A stretch of 64,000 nucleotides of DNA. Origin: an uncultured Desulfobulbaceae bacterium. GTDB taxonomy: Bacteria; Desulfobacterota; Dissulfuribacteria; Dissulfuribacterales; DYLC01. Positions 34,550 through 45,028 of the stretch are shown here, in pieces (position 1 is the stretch's first letter; every line of letters begins with the position of its first letter). The translations under genes were made by a program, and so were the position numbers. The notes beneath the pieces were generated by a model. It was not told the origin of the DNA and did not search any database. It saw nothing but the letters and a program-made list of their open reading frames with translations. The stretch lies in contig CAYRSX010000005.1 of assembly GCA_964427245.1 (NCBI GenBank), forward strand, positions 3,354 through 67,353. Reading direction: 5' to 3'.

Positions 34550-36292
34550 ATGTCTTTTTTCAAAAATCTCGGCCTGGCTCAAAAAATCATCTTGCTGGTC
34601 TCGATAGCCGTGATCTTTTCCACGATTTTTACCATCGCCATCACCGGCTACAAAGAGCAAGAAATGATAAAGCAGAATATCGTCAACCAGTCCAGAGTCA
34701 TCTTGTTGCAGGCCGAATCCATGCGCAGCATCACCGCTGACATGAACCAAAGCGGAGCCTTTGCAGAATACATCAAACAGATCAAACAAGAATTGGCCTC
34801 ATCCGACCCTGTCAAACGCCAGAAGGCCATAGCCAAATTCCTACCCACTGTACCTGTGGTAAACGCCATGGTCATGCTGGCCAAAAATGCCGATGAAGGC
34901 GGCTATCTCATGAGAGTGCCCAAGGAATCCCCACGCAATCCAGTGAATCAACCTGATTCAGTGGAACTGAATGTCCTGAAAGAACTTGCGGCCAAGGGGC
35001 AAAAGGACCTGGTGATCTTTGGAGAGTATCTCGATCCAAAAACCAACCAGAAACGTTCAGCAGCCCGTTACTTCCGTCCCATTGTGCTCACCAAAGAATG
35101 TGAGGCATGTCATGGCGATCCATCCACATCCAAGGAGCTTTGGGGAAACAGTGAAGGACTGGATCCCACAGGTGTACGCATGGAAGGCTGGAAGGCAGGA
35201 GAAGTCCACGGCGCATTTGAACTCATCTACTTTCTGGATACGCCCATGTCCGAGCTTCGCAAAAATCAAATTTATGTCATTGCAATCAACATAGTAGTCC
35301 TTTTAATTCTGTTTGGACTCATTTCATGGCTTGTGCGCAACATCATCGGTGAACCTCTTGGACGCATTCTGAAAGAGGCTGAACGCATCACTCGAGGTGA
35401 CCTCTCATCAGATATTCCAGACACAGGCTCCAGAGATGAAATAGGCCGACTTTCCAAAATGTTCGCTCAGATGATCGTAGGTCTCCGTGAACTCATAGGC
35501 AGTGTCAAGAGCGAAGCGGAACACGTATCCGAAAGCTCCCGCAATCTGTTACAAAACAGCGATAGCCTCTCCAAAGACAGTCATGCCGCCGCAGATAAGG
35601 CCCAAAACGCGGCCCATGTAAGCGAGGAGGCCAGCAACAACATCAATTCCATTGCCTATGCAGTGGAACAATTCTCCATAGCATCCCAGGAGATCGCAAC
35701 CAATGTCTCCAAGGCAGCCGGAATCAGCGATACTGCAAAACACAAGATGGAGGAATCCAGCGATTCAGTGATGCAGCTTGGTGAACACTCGCAGAAGATA
35801 GGGATGGCCATACGCCTCATAGGAGATATCGCCGGGCAGACTAATCTGCTGGCCCTGAATGCCACCATAGAGGCAGCTCGTGCCGGTGAGGCAGGCAAGG
35901 GGTTTGCAGTCGTGGCCAACGAGGTAAAGGAACTGGCCAAACAAACGGCTCAGGCAGCGGAAGAGATCACTCGTATGGTGCAAACCATTCAAAACGGCAG
36001 TGAACAGGCTATAGAGGCCATCAAGGAGGTAAGAGAAATCATTGACCAGCTAAATGATATCGACAACACCATTGCATCCGCTGTGGAGGAACAGACCGCC
36101 ACTGTGAGCGAAATAACCAGCAACATCTCAAACGCTGCAGAGGGCACCAGGCATGTATCTCAGACCATAGCAGACGTCTCAACTGTGGCGGGCCAGGCAT
36201 CAAAGCACGCAATGGATACCATCGAACAGGCAAAAAAGTTATCTGAAATGGCCGAAAAACTCCTGCGCCTTACGCAACAGTTCAAACTTTGA
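34550..36292 (+). CDS. Methyl-accepting chemotaxis protein with a periplasmic CxxCH (c-type haem) sensor domain (DUF3365/Tll0287-like)
   Basis: 580 aa: TM1, a periplasmic region of about 210 aa carrying 'CEACH' (aa 184-188, nt 35099-35113), TM2 and a HAMP domain. The signalling hairpin is '[38 protein letters not shown]'. Confidence 0.85.
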   Translation: MSFFKNLGLAQKIILLVSIAVIFSTIFTIAITGYKEQEMIKQNIVNQSRVILLQAESMRSITADMNQSGAFAEYIKQIKQELASSDPVKRQKAIAKFLPTVPVVNAMVMLAKNADEGGYLMRVPKESPRNPVNQPDSVELNVLKELAAKGQKDLVIFGEYLDPKTNQKRSAARYFRPIVLTKECEACHGDPSTSKELWGNSEGLDPTGVRMEGWKAGEVHGAFELIYFLDTPMSELRKNQIYVIAINIVVLLILFGLISWLVRNIIGEPLGRILKEAERITRGDLSSDIPDTGSRDEIGRLSKMFAQMIVGLRELIGSVKSEAEHVSESSRNLLQNSDSLSKDSHAAADKAQNAAHVSEEASNNINSIAYAVEQFSIASQEIATNVSKAAGISDTAKHKMEESSDSVMQLGEHSQKIGMAIRLIGDIAGQTNLLALNATIEAARAGEAGKGFAVVANEVKELAKQTAQAAEEITRMVQTIQNGSEQAIEAIKEVREIIDQLNDIDNTIASAVEEQTATVSEITSNISNAAEGTRHVSQTIADVSTVAGQASKHAMDTIEQAKKLSEMAEKLLRLTQQFKL

Positions 36293-36411
36293 TGGTTATG
36301 GGAGGCCCTAAAAGCCATCAAAGCGAACCACTTTTTTTGAAACGTCCCTTTAATAAGGCAGAGGGGCCTACCTAATGCGTTCACTCTACCTTGTACCAAT
36401 GGGTTTTCACC

Positions 36412-38184
36412 ATGGCATTTCAGCATATTCCAGATGATGTCCTGCAAGATATACTGAACTCTGTCAACATTCGCGAGGTCATCGAAGGCTATGTCCCCCT
36501 GAAAAAAAGCGGCCAGAACTGGATAGGGCTCTGTCCGTTCCATGCCGATACCAACCCGTCCTTTTCCGTAAATGAGTCCAAACAGATATTCTATTGTTTC
36601 GGATGCGGCCAGGGTGGAAACGCCATAACCTTTCTAACCAAGTTCAAGGGCATAAAATTCATCGAGGCAGTGGAGGAACTGGCAAAACTCACAGGCAAGG
36701 CCATTCCGGTTCAACCCCTTTCTCCTCAGTCACAATATCGCAAACAGGAACACGATAGGCTGATTCATGTCAATGAAACGGCTGCGACATTCTATCATGA
36801 CCAACTCCTGCACTCAGGCAAGGCTGCGGCTGCAAGGGAATACCTGAAAGGCAGAGGCCTGTCTGCTAATACAATTGAACAGTTTCGCATTGGATATGCG
36901 CCTGATACATGGGACAGTCTTTTGACACACATGAGGATACAAGACATAGATGCCAAACTTGGCCTGGCGGCAGGTCTTCTGATACAGAGGGAAGACGGTT
37001 CCGGCATGTACGACCGTTTCAGAAACCGCATCACATTCCCTATTCAAGACAGGTCTGGAAACGTAATAGCAATGGGCGGCAGGGCATTGGGCGATGCCAT
37101 TCCTAAATATCTGAATTCACCTGAAACACCCATCTACAAAAAGAGCAGCTCACTTTACGGACTCTATATAAATAAAAATGCCATATTGCAGCATGGATAC
37201 GGATATATTGTAGAAGGCTACATGGATCTTCTGGCCTTGTGGCAGGCAGGCGTCAAACCTGTTTTAGCCACACTGGGCACAGCCCTGACAGAGGAACACT
37301 TAAAAACCCTGAAGGGACTGGTCAAGGACTGGATACTGGTGTTTGATGGAGACAACGCCGGCATAAACGCCACGATTCGTGCAATACCCTTGTTTTATGC
37401 AGCGAATCTGAGAGTAAAGGTGGTTATATTGCCTGAAAAGCATGACCCAGATACATTTATTCGCAAACACGGATATGAGGTATGGGAGATGCAGGCGGCA
37501 GGTGCCCTTTCCGGACTGGACTTCATGCTGGAACACGGAATCAGGACACACGGCGATTCCATTGAGGGTAAGGCTCAGACCCTCGACGAGCTCCTGAATC
37601 TAATTCAACTCGTTCAGGACCCTGTGCGAAAGGCCTTGATCATAACCCATGTAGCGCAGGCCTTAAGTGTCAAGGAAGAAAGTCTATGGCGCAAGCTGGA
37701 AGATATACCGGCCAAACGGAGTCAGCTATCCTCTGAAAAAGTTGAAAAGGACAAGAAAAACAATGTCAACCGTGTAGTGTCCCAGGGCGGCAGGGCAGAG
37801 CAGGAACTTCTGGGATTCATACTGGCTCACCCACGTGTACTTCCGTTGTTTATAAACGCATCCATGGAGATATGGCTGACCGATTCCGTGCTGAAAGGCC
37901 TGTGGCTTGCAATGACTCATCACTACAGCGTATATGGCAATCTAACGCCTGAATCGCTGGCGGAAGACCTGGAATCCATACCTCATCTTAGAGAAGCACT
38001 TCTGCATATTCTCAAAAAAGCACCGCCCTACGAGGAGATAGAGGCAATGACCGAGGGTATGCTGAAATATTGCGAAGGGCAAAAGAAAAAGGCCTTAAGG
38101 CAGGGCATACAAGAACAGCTACTTGCCGCCCAGACCGATGAAGAAGGCGAAGAGCTGCTCAAAAGGCTACAGGCTCTGACATGA
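36412..38184 (+). CDS. dnaG: DNA primase
   Basis: Zinc ribbon 'CPFHADTNPSFSVN...YCFGCGQGGN', a TOPRIM region 'IVEGYMDLLAL...LVFDGDNAG', and a C-terminal helicase-interaction region. I chose the ATG at 36412. Confidence 0.93.
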   Translation: MAFQHIPDDVLQDILNSVNIREVIEGYVPLKKSGQNWIGLCPFHADTNPSFSVNESKQIFYCFGCGQGGNAITFLTKFKGIKFIEAVEELAKLTGKAIPVQPLSPQSQYRKQEHDRLIHVNETAATFYHDQLLHSGKAAAAREYLKGRGLSANTIEQFRIGYAPDTWDSLLTHMRIQDIDAKLGLAAGLLIQREDGSGMYDRFRNRITFPIQDRSGNVIAMGGRALGDAIPKYLNSPETPIYKKSSSLYGLYINKNAILQHGYGYIVEGYMDLLALWQAGVKPVLATLGTALTEEHLKTLKGLVKDWILVFDGDNAGINATIRAIPLFYAANLRVKVVILPEKHDPDTFIRKHGYEVWEMQAAGALSGLDFMLEHGIRTHGDSIEGKAQTLDELLNLIQLVQDPVRKALIITHVAQALSVKEESLWRKLEDIPAKRSQLSSEKVEKDKKNNVNRVVSQGGRAEQELLGFILAHPRVLPLFINASMEIWLTDSVLKGLWLAMTHHYSVYGNLTPESLAEDLESIPHLREALLHILKKAPPYEEIEAMTEGMLKYCEGQKKKALRQGIQEQLLAAQTDEEGEELLKRLQALT

Positions 38185-38244
38185 GGTTATCAGCCCATTG
38201 AAAAACTCGTTTTGAGTATAGGCAAGGCATTCCCCTCAGATTCA

Positions 38245-39789
38245 TTAAACATCTTGCAATGAAACTCTGACAATATTGCGGGTGGTTTCTGTGATTCTGA
38301 AGGCCTCCCCTATCTCCACTCCGACTACCGCCATTATCTCATTCGAGGCGGACACCAAGACAGGAAGCCGATCCCTCAAATCCACGGGTATTCTCTTGTC
38401 TATAAAAAAATCCTTCAATTTCATGGAATGGACATGGCCGAAAGGCACAAAACGGTCACCCCTGCGCCGTCTGCGCAAATAAATGGGAAAGACCAGATTA
38501 TCTCCACTCATCCAGAGGACACGCAAAACAAATGAGATATTCCGCCCCTGCATGTAATCATACGGAGAATACTCCGAAAGCGTCCACAAGCTGGCTGCTG
38601 ACGATGGGTTGTGCAATGAGATACTGACACTCACGGAAGCACTCGGCAGGTGCCAGACCCCTGGCCCGAGCACTGCGCAAGCATCTTCCTCAACTGCATT
38701 CCATGCTGCTGAAATCACCTTTTCGTTTTTTGAACACTTACAACAGACAGTTGATTCCATCAAAAGGTGCAATACATCATATTCGCGTCTTGCAACAATC
38801 TTAAAAGGCAGATTCAAAGATGCATTGGGCGCCTGCCCCATTGCCATCACATCCAGCGCATGCAGATGCCGAAAGACAAGCCTAGCAAGCACTTGGCCAC
38901 GAGTCAATCGAGCAAGTGCGGTTCGATATACCCGTCTGCGAATGACAACCGGCTGATTCTTCAATTCTGCAAGATTCAAGACCGCCTTGCCGGAATCCAC
39001 CGTCACACAGCTATCGAAGATTCTGCTTGCAATTTCACTCAGCACAGCTTCGTCTTCCCGTAGCATATCGGCTGTTCGGCACAGGGTCTGAATCAATTTC
39101 GAATTATAATCCTTCAGTAGGTGCGGCAGAAGCTCATGACGAATGCGATTACGCTCGTATTTAATAGTCAGATTAGAACTGTCCACAACATATTTCAGAG
39201 AAAAATCGTCGAGATATGCCAAAATCTCCTCTCTGGTCCTGCCGAGAAGCGGCCTTATGACTCCATCCGCACGCTTCCATGGAATACCGCAAAGGCCCTG
39301 CATGGCACTGCCTCTCAGAAAACGAAACAGCAGTTCTTCGGCCTGGTCCTGAGCATTGTGGGCGGTGGCAAGACAATCAAAGCCGATTTTCCCCATTGTC
39401 TGCAACAGAAATTCATAGCGCAGATGTCTTGCGGCATTCTGCACACTCAACCTCTTTTGCATGGGATTGGTATGGGCGAACCCCTTGACATCACCTACCC
39501 CAAGATAAAACGGCAGGCCGTACTCCTTTGCCAGAGAGGCCGTAAACACGGCATCTCTTTGGGATTCCTCACCCCTCAGGCCATGATCAAAGTGAGCCAC
39601 AGCCAGTTTCAATCTCCAACGCTTCTGTAATGCAAGCATGACATGCAGTAAACACACAGAATCAGGGCCGCCGGAAACCGCAATCAATACGGAGGAGCCC
39701 TCAGAGAAAAGGCCCTTAGAGCAAATATCTTCCTCTACCGCCTGAATAAAACGCGTAAAAGACATGAAATCAGACATCAAAACTCCCAA
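38245..39789 (-). CDS. tilS: tRNA(Ile)-lysidine synthetase
   Basis: 514 aa. The PP-loop 'VSGGPDSVCLLH' and 'HFDHGLRGEES' are present, and the C-terminal TilS substrate-binding domain reads 'GDRFVPFGHVHSMKLKDFFIDKRIP'. Confidence 0.88.
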   Translation of the reverse strand: MGVLMSDFMSFTRFIQAVEEDICSKGLFSEGSSVLIAVSGGPDSVCLLHVMLALQKRWRLKLAVAHFDHGLRGEESQRDAVFTASLAKEYGLPFYLGVGDVKGFAHTNPMQKRLSVQNAARHLRYEFLLQTMGKIGFDCLATAHNAQDQAEELLFRFLRGSAMQGLCGIPWKRADGVIRPLLGRTREEILAYLDDFSLKYVVDSSNLTIKYERNRIRHELLPHLLKDYNSKLIQTLCRTADMLREDEAVLSEIASRIFDSCVTVDSGKAVLNLAELKNQPVVIRRRVYRTALARLTRGQVLARLVFRHLHALDVMAMGQAPNASLNLPFKIVARREYDVLHLLMESTVCCKCSKNEKVISAAWNAVEEDACAVLGPGVWHLPSASVSVSISLHNPSSAASLWTLSEYSPYDYMQGRNISFVLRVLWMSGDNLVFPIYLRRRRRGDRFVPFGHVHSMKLKDFFIDKRIPVDLRDRLPVLVSASNEIMAVVGVEIGEAFRITETTRNIVRVSLQDV

Positions 39790-39846
39790 GAGCCACCGGC
39801 AAAAAACTTATTCTACTACGCCTCACGGGCGTCACCATTAACAGGC

Positions 39847-40335
39847 TCATCCGCCGCCCTTGAAAAGGTTCATGGAGGCCATCAACTCAGTAAAACTCGG
39901 TTCGCGCACCTCCATGATTTTCACCTTTAAAACGATATCTTTACCTGCTGCAGGATGATTGAAGTCTATGGTAACCGAATCTGTACCTATCTTTCGAACG
40001 GTAAACATAACCGGCTGACCATTAGGTCCCATCTCCTCATACACCTCGCCTTCTTTCATGGATGCCAGATTCTTGACTTTGGATGCCGAAATCTCGTTTA
40101 CAAGATCAGCATCGTAAGGACCAAAGGCCTCTTGAGCCGGAATATGAATGCTGACTTCTTCATTTACAGTGCGTCCGGCTATGGCCTCTTCCAGCACAGG
40201 CAAAATATGATCCCTGCCAAATACAAAGGAAGAGGAGTGATCAGCGGCCAGAAACGCCGGTAACTCTCCATCATCGGTGGAGAAGCTATATTGAATACTT
40301 ACGAATTTATCCTGACCTATAAGTGGATTAGACAT
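39847..40335 (-). CDS. FKBP-type peptidyl-prolyl isomerase, SlyD-like (third paralog in the window)
   Basis: 162 aa with '...TIDFNHPAAGKDIVLKVKIMEV' and an IF-flap insertion. There is no metal-binding tail. Confidence 0.8.
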   Translation of the reverse strand: MSNPLIGQDKFVSIQYSFSTDDGELPAFLAADHSSSFVFGRDHILPVLEEAIAGRTVNEEVSIHIPAQEAFGPYDADLVNEISASKVKNLASMKEGEVYEEMGPNGQPVMFTVRKIGTDSVTIDFNHPAAGKDIVLKVKIMEVREPSFTELMASMNLFKGGG

Positions 40336-40445
40336 GGTGTTTGCTCCTTATCTCTTTATATTTTAACTCCAATTGATCAGTGCGCGGCCATGCGCCCCTT
40401 ATCAACGCATAATCTTGTAGATTACCACAAAAAAATATCATTACT

Positions 40446-40627
40446 AAGATTTCTCGCTTCGCTCGAAATGACAAGCAGTGGCATTAAGTTTCATCTTATA
40501 ACAAACTCTACCACACCACTCAACGCGAACCGTGCCTGTCATTGCGAAGAAACACAACAACACTTGTCATTTCGAAGAAGCATAGCGACTGAGAAATCTT
40601 TCACCGTGAAAAATTTCTCGCTTCGCT
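40446..40627. repeat. Cluster of half-sites of the dispersed palindromic repeat family
   Basis: 'aagatttctcgcttcgctcgaaatgaca' (40446-40474), 'ctgtcattgcgaagaaac' (40536-40553), and 'tgtcatttcgaagaagcatagcgactgagaaatc...tttctcgcttcgct' (40565-40627). The last overlaps the stop of the CAP-domain gene. Confidence 0.8.
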
Positions 40628-41672
40628 AATATTTCTCACTTTTTGTCATATTTGGGCACGACGCAAATGCACAATCAGGAGGTTGTCTGCCCACATACGA
40701 ACCATCAGGACACTGCATGGCATCCATTGTACAAGCAACAGAATTCCGAATCGCAGTAAACCTGACCAGCTCGTAGTCCAGCCATGTCTGCATGTTCAAT
40801 GGGTCGGCGCCGGCAGGCGTTACCACCACTAAAACCACATACTCACCGTCCAGCTCTCGCATATTCGGCCAGCTCAAGTCTATCAACCTGCCTGCACCCT
40901 GTGTATATGGCGTCAGACCCTCCTCCAGAAGGTTCGTGCCAGTAATGAAATAAAGGGTATCCCATGGCGTCAATACCACTGCATAGACAGTCTGATTTGC
41001 ACCAAAACCATAAGAAAAATGTATGGATATGCCGGAAGATACCGAAATAGGCTGTGAGCCGATGGTGATAACCAGACTCTGTCCTGCAAGAAGCGTTGAA
41101 CTGTTCCGATTAGAAGAGAGTAGATCAGCTGAGGGAAAGTCTGTCTTCTTTATGTCGAGTTTCACATTTTCCTGTAATAGACTCACAGACTTTGTGACAG
41201 TGCCAAGGGTGTCGTGCTTAAAGGTCAGGTTATGCGTGCCGGAAGAAAGCGAAAGTGAATATCCTCCGGATGCAGGCGAAACAGTGCCTGTGGAACCACG
41301 CCAGGCTATGTTCTCACCTGCATAAGAATAGCTGTAACCCTGTGCTGTCATACGATTCCACGGGGCATCTCCATTTAGGGAATAATGCTCAAAGTAGTTG
41401 TTTGTCAGCATGTCGAGGGTGTACAGCCGGGCAGCGCTCACCAATGCCGTATTAAAGGCCAACGGCTGTTTAGGCGTATTCGATATGGGCGTCTCCGGCG
41501 GACCTTCGTTCAAATCGATACCAAGCCTTGCGGCCTCTGACAGAGGAGCGGAGCGAGCATAGTTAATGGTCTCCAGGTGTAATTGCTCATAATCGGTGGG
41601 TTCAGAACCAGCCAAAACCAAGGAGCTGAAATACAAAAAAGTAGGCAATAAAAACAAAAAGATACGGCGCAT
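40626..41672 (-). CDS. Secreted CAP/SCP/PR1-like domain protein with a beta-rich extension and a Cys-rich C-terminus
   Basis: The signal peptide 'MRRIFLFLLPTFLYFSSLVLAG' starts at the ATG at 41672. CAP-type 'INYARSAP...ALVSAARLYTLDMLTNNYFEHYSLNG...GENIAW' is present. The C-terminus is 'CTMDAMQCPDGSYVGRQPPDCAFASCP'. Confidence 0.65.
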   Translation of the reverse strand: MRRIFLFLLPTFLYFSSLVLAGSEPTDYEQLHLETINYARSAPLSEAARLGIDLNEGPPETPISNTPKQPLAFNTALVSAARLYTLDMLTNNYFEHYSLNGDAPWNRMTAQGYSYSYAGENIAWRGSTGTVSPASGGYSLSLSSGTHNLTFKHDTLGTVTKSVSLLQENVKLDIKKTDFPSADLLSSNRNSSTLLAGQSLVITIGSQPISVSSGISIHFSYGFGANQTVYAVVLTPWDTLYFITGTNLLEEGLTPYTQGAGRLIDLSWPNMRELDGEYVVLVVVTPAGADPLNMQTWLDYELVRFTAIRNSVACTMDAMQCPDGSYVGRQPPDCAFASCPNMTKSEKY

Positions 41673-41733
41673 GGCTTGCCTCCAAGGTTTTTTATGCAGT
41701 AATTTCCACCGCACATATGGACTTTGGAAAAAT

Positions 41734-42513
41734 TTACTGCTGTAACCGCCTATATGCAATGGAAATACCTAATAAAGTGAGTTCAGGCACGATCTCCTGC
41801 ACAGTGCCGGCATAAGGGACTATGACAGAGGCAAGCCCTCCTGTAGCAATGACTCTGGGGGCCGTCTCGTATTCCTGCATCAATCTGGTAACTATACCGT
41901 CAGTAAGACCAGCAAAACCCAAAATCAAACCTATTTGCAGGGCGGAAATAGTATCCTGCGCTATAACCTGATCAGGCATAACAAAGGTCTCAAGTCGCGG
42001 CAGCTTTGCAGTTCTGGATGACAGCGCATCTGCAGCCAGTTTGATGCCGGGGGCAATGGCCCCTCCGAGATACTCGCCTTTTACAGAGATACAGTCAAAT
42101 GTGATGGCAGTTCCGTAATCCACCACAATCACACCCTGGTAATACAGCTCAAAGGCCGCTATGGCGTTTATGATGCGGTCTGCACCCAGCTCATAGGGTC
42201 TGCCGTATCGAATGGGCATACCAAGGGCCTCACTCACCTCTATAATCAGGGCATTCACCTTCAAATATTCTTCAGCCGCACCCTTCCAGACCGGTATAAG
42301 AGAAGGCACCACAGAGGCCACTGCCATGGCCTGTACATCAGCGAATTCAAACCCGGAAAGCCTCAACAATCCATCAAGCAACACAGCCAATTCATGAAGA
42401 GTAATCTCACGATTTGTGTGTATCCGCCAGGTATGACGCAATACATGGCTATCATCAAACAAGCCAATCAGGGTGTGTGTATTGCCTATGTCTATAGCCA
42501 AATAATTATTCAT
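41734..42513 (-). CDS. coaX: Type III pantothenate kinase
   Basis: 259 aa with 'LAIDIGNTHTLIGLF', 'ELGADRI', 'VVDYGTAITFD' and 'GGAIAPG'. Confidence 0.92.
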   Translation of the reverse strand: MNNYLAIDIGNTHTLIGLFDDSHVLRHTWRIHTNREITLHELAVLLDGLLRLSGFEFADVQAMAVASVVPSLIPVWKGAAEEYLKVNALIIEVSEALGMPIRYGRPYELGADRIINAIAAFELYYQGVIVVDYGTAITFDCISVKGEYLGGAIAPGIKLAADALSSRTAKLPRLETFVMPDQVIAQDTISALQIGLILGFAGLTDGIVTRLMQEYETAPRVIATGGLASVIVPYAGTVQEIVPELTLLGISIAYRRLQQ

Positions 42514-43834
42514 TACCGACTGTTACAATTCCTCCCACCAGATCGTGAACATCTGCATCGGACATCAAGACTTGTACTATATCACCTGGCAATGCCGTTC
42601 CATCGTTTATATATACCAGGCCGTCTATTTCAGGCGCCTGACGCTCCGTTCTGCCGATGAGCAGATGTTCTGTCTCAGGACTTACGCCCTCCACCAGAAC
42701 AGGCATGGTTTTACCTATCATAGCCTTCAGTTTTTTGCGGGAGATGCCCGTCTGTATGCGCAGCAGTTCCATTTCTCTGGCCTTGGCCACTCGAAGCTTG
42801 ACCTTGTGGGAAAACCCGTGGGACGGCGCCTCTTCTTCATCTGAATACACGAAAAAGCCGGCATGGTCAAACTCCCATTTCTGCAAAAACTCCTTTACAA
42901 TGGCATGATCTCCCTCGGTTTCATGAGGAAAGCCCACCATAATCGTAGTTCGCAGAGCAGCATCGGGCAATACATCACGAATACGAACCAACATATTTTC
43001 GAGATCCGTAGTGGAATATGACCTTCCCATGCGGCGTAAGACCTGATTACTGACATGTTGAATGGGAATATCCAGATAGTTACAAATTCGCTTCTGCGAT
43101 GCGATTATCTCCAACAACCGATCTGAGATTCCATTTGGATGCAGATAAAGCAGCCTCAGCCATGGAATATCGGATTCTCGAATGAGCAACAACAGAAGGT
43201 CCGCCAAGTCTATAACATCATGATTTTCTTCCTTATATTCATAAGCTGTCAGGTCTTGAGCAACTAAGCTGATCTCTTTAACTCCAGAAGCAGTCAGTCC
43301 CTGCACCTCCTTCAATATCTCCAAAGGCGGCCTGCACTGCATGGGGCCACGCAGTTTTGGAATAAGGCAGTAGGTGCAACGATTGGAACAGCCCTCGGCG
43401 ATCTTTACATAGGCCCGCCAGGGCGGTGTGGCCCCTAAAAATCTTCCTGCCGGTAGAATACCAGTATGCTGTGATGCCTTGTCTTTCTTTAACAAAGCGG
43501 CTAATTGGCTGCCAACCGTCTCATAGTCATTGGTGCCTGCAAAAAAATCCACCTCAGGCAGCTCCAGACGCATGGCATCCCCGTATCTCTCCACCATACA
43601 GCCTATGACAGCGAGTTTCTGATGAGGCTTCTTGTCCTGAGCAATAGTTAAAATGGTCTCTATGGATTCGCTCACTGCACTTTTTATAAACCCACAGGTA
43701 TTGATCAGTATCACATCGGCATCAGCAGGATTCGCCACCACCAGCCCTCCACTCTGCTTCAACATGGAGGCAATGGTAATCTCTGTATCGATACTGTTTT
43801 TGGGACATCCAAGACTTACCGCAAATATTCTCAT
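42506..43834 (-). CDS. rimO: Ribosomal protein S12 methylthiotransferase
   Basis: 442 aa. The UPF0004 N-domain reads 'SLGCPKNSIDTE...INTCGFI'. The radical-SAM motif is 'CSNRCTYC'. The C-terminal TRAM domain reads 'GRTERQAPEIDG'. Confidence 0.88.
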   Translation of the reverse strand: MRIFAVSLGCPKNSIDTEITIASMLKQSGGLVVANPADADVILINTCGFIKSAVSESIETILTIAQDKKPHQKLAVIGCMVERYGDAMRLELPEVDFFAGTNDYETVGSQLAALLKKDKASQHTGILPAGRFLGATPPWRAYVKIAEGCSNRCTYCLIPKLRGPMQCRPPLEILKEVQGLTASGVKEISLVAQDLTAYEYKEENHDVIDLADLLLLLIRESDIPWLRLLYLHPNGISDRLLEIIASQKRICNYLDIPIQHVSNQVLRRMGRSYSTTDLENMLVRIRDVLPDAALRTTIMVGFPHETEGDHAIVKEFLQKWEFDHAGFFVYSDEEEAPSHGFSHKVKLRVAKAREMELLRIQTGISRKKLKAMIGKTMPVLVEGVSPETEHLLIGRTERQAPEIDGLVYINDGTALPGDIVQVLMSDADVHDLVGGIVTVGNE

Positions 43835-45024
43835 GTTACCTCACAGACCAATCCCTTGAGATACTGGCCTTCAGGAAAACTCAAAAGCACTGCATGATCC
43901 CAAGACTGAAACAATCGCCTTTGAATTCGCACCTCTTTATGGGCATCCAAAGCCGCATCCGCCACTATCTTTTGAAAAAGTTCCGTACCCATCAGACCAG
44001 AGCAAGAAAAGGTGACAAGGATGCCGCTAGGTCTCAGGAGTTTGAAAGCAAGTAGATTGATGTCCTTATAACCACGTGCAGCCTTTTCTAATTGATGCTG
44101 ATTTTCAGCAAATTTGGGAGGATCCAAAATTATCATATCGAATGACATGCCACGATCCCGAAATGCCCGCAGACAATGAAACACGTCCTCTTGCAGATTT
44201 TCACACCGACTCAAATCAAAATCGTTCAACCGCATATTCCTTGAGAGAAGTTCTAGGGCGGCGGCGGAGGTATCCAGATTTACCACTTGCTCGGCGCAGG
44301 CCTTCAAGGCGGCTATACTGAACCCTCCAGTGTAGGAAAAACAGTTCACAATCTCTCTATTTTGTGCATATTCCGCCACTATCTTGCGGTTTTCCGCCTG
44401 ATCCAGATAAAAACCTGTCTTATGACCATTTCGCACATCCACCCAAAAACGATATGCGCCTTCCTCTATCTCTATAAACTCAGGAGGCTCACTACCGACC
44501 AGAAGGCCCTTTAAAGGCGAAAGCCCTTCCTTGAGCCTGACCTCTACATCCGAACGCTCATAGATGCCTTCAGGCTGCAAAACAGCCTCAAGCACCTGCA
44601 CGATTCCACTCTTCCAACGTTCTACTCCGGCAGACAAAAACTGTGCGACCAAATAATCGCCGTACTTGTCCACAATAAGACCTGGGAGCAGGTCCGCCTC
44701 GGCATTTATCAGCCTGCAGGCACAGGGCAGGATTCCATTCTTCATGCGCCTCGCAACAGCCTTTTGAATGCGCTTATGAAAAAAATCAGCGTCGATTTTA
44801 TCAGATGGGTTAAAACTCCAGACACGAAGGCGAATCTGTGAATGAGGTGAAAAGGCTGCAAGGGCAAGAAAACCCCTCGAGGAATCATAAACCACCGCAG
44901 TGTCCCCTGGTTTGCCGCAACCGTTGACTCCTGCCAATGCCCCAGAAAATATCCAAGGGTGCCTGCGCAGAAGCGAACGTTCTTTTCCATGCTTGAGATG
45001 GACAGAAAGCATATCTGTTTCCAT
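43831..45024 (-). CDS. rlmI: 23S rRNA m5C methyltransferase RlmI-like (PUA plus class I SAM MTase)
   Basis: 397 aa with 'LKHGKERSLLRRHPWIFSGAL', 'FYLDQAENR', 'NCFSYTGGFS' and 'IILDPPKFA'. Confidence 0.8.
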   Translation of the reverse strand: METDMLSVHLKHGKERSLLRRHPWIFSGALAGVNGCGKPGDTAVVYDSSRGFLALAAFSPHSQIRLRVWSFNPSDKIDADFFHKRIQKAVARRMKNGILPCACRLINAEADLLPGLIVDKYGDYLVAQFLSAGVERWKSGIVQVLEAVLQPEGIYERSDVEVRLKEGLSPLKGLLVGSEPPEFIEIEEGAYRFWVDVRNGHKTGFYLDQAENRKIVAEYAQNREIVNCFSYTGGFSIAALKACAEQVVNLDTSAAALELLSRNMRLNDFDLSRCENLQEDVFHCLRAFRDRGMSFDMIILDPPKFAENQHQLEKAARGYKDINLLAFKLLRPSGILVTFSCSGLMGTELFQKIVADAALDAHKEVRIQRRLFQSWDHAVLLSFPEGQYLKGLVCEVT

Positions 45025-45028
45025 GTCT

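Noticed and set aside
34444-34563. A 40-codon N-terminal extension of the LptF/G-family ORF (ORF-track start at 34563)
   Set aside because: The extension is AT-rich, non-hydrophobic, and unlike LptF/G N-termini. It overlaps the start of the divergent MCP gene and its predicted promoter. The ATG at 34443 gives the typical N-terminus.
36293-36411. An intrinsic terminator after the haem-motif MCP gene (a T7 run at about 36343-36349)
   Set aside because: Only weak 5-bp stems (GATGG/CCATC and TGGTT/AACCA) with very large loops precede the T-run, which is not convincing without folding energy calculations.
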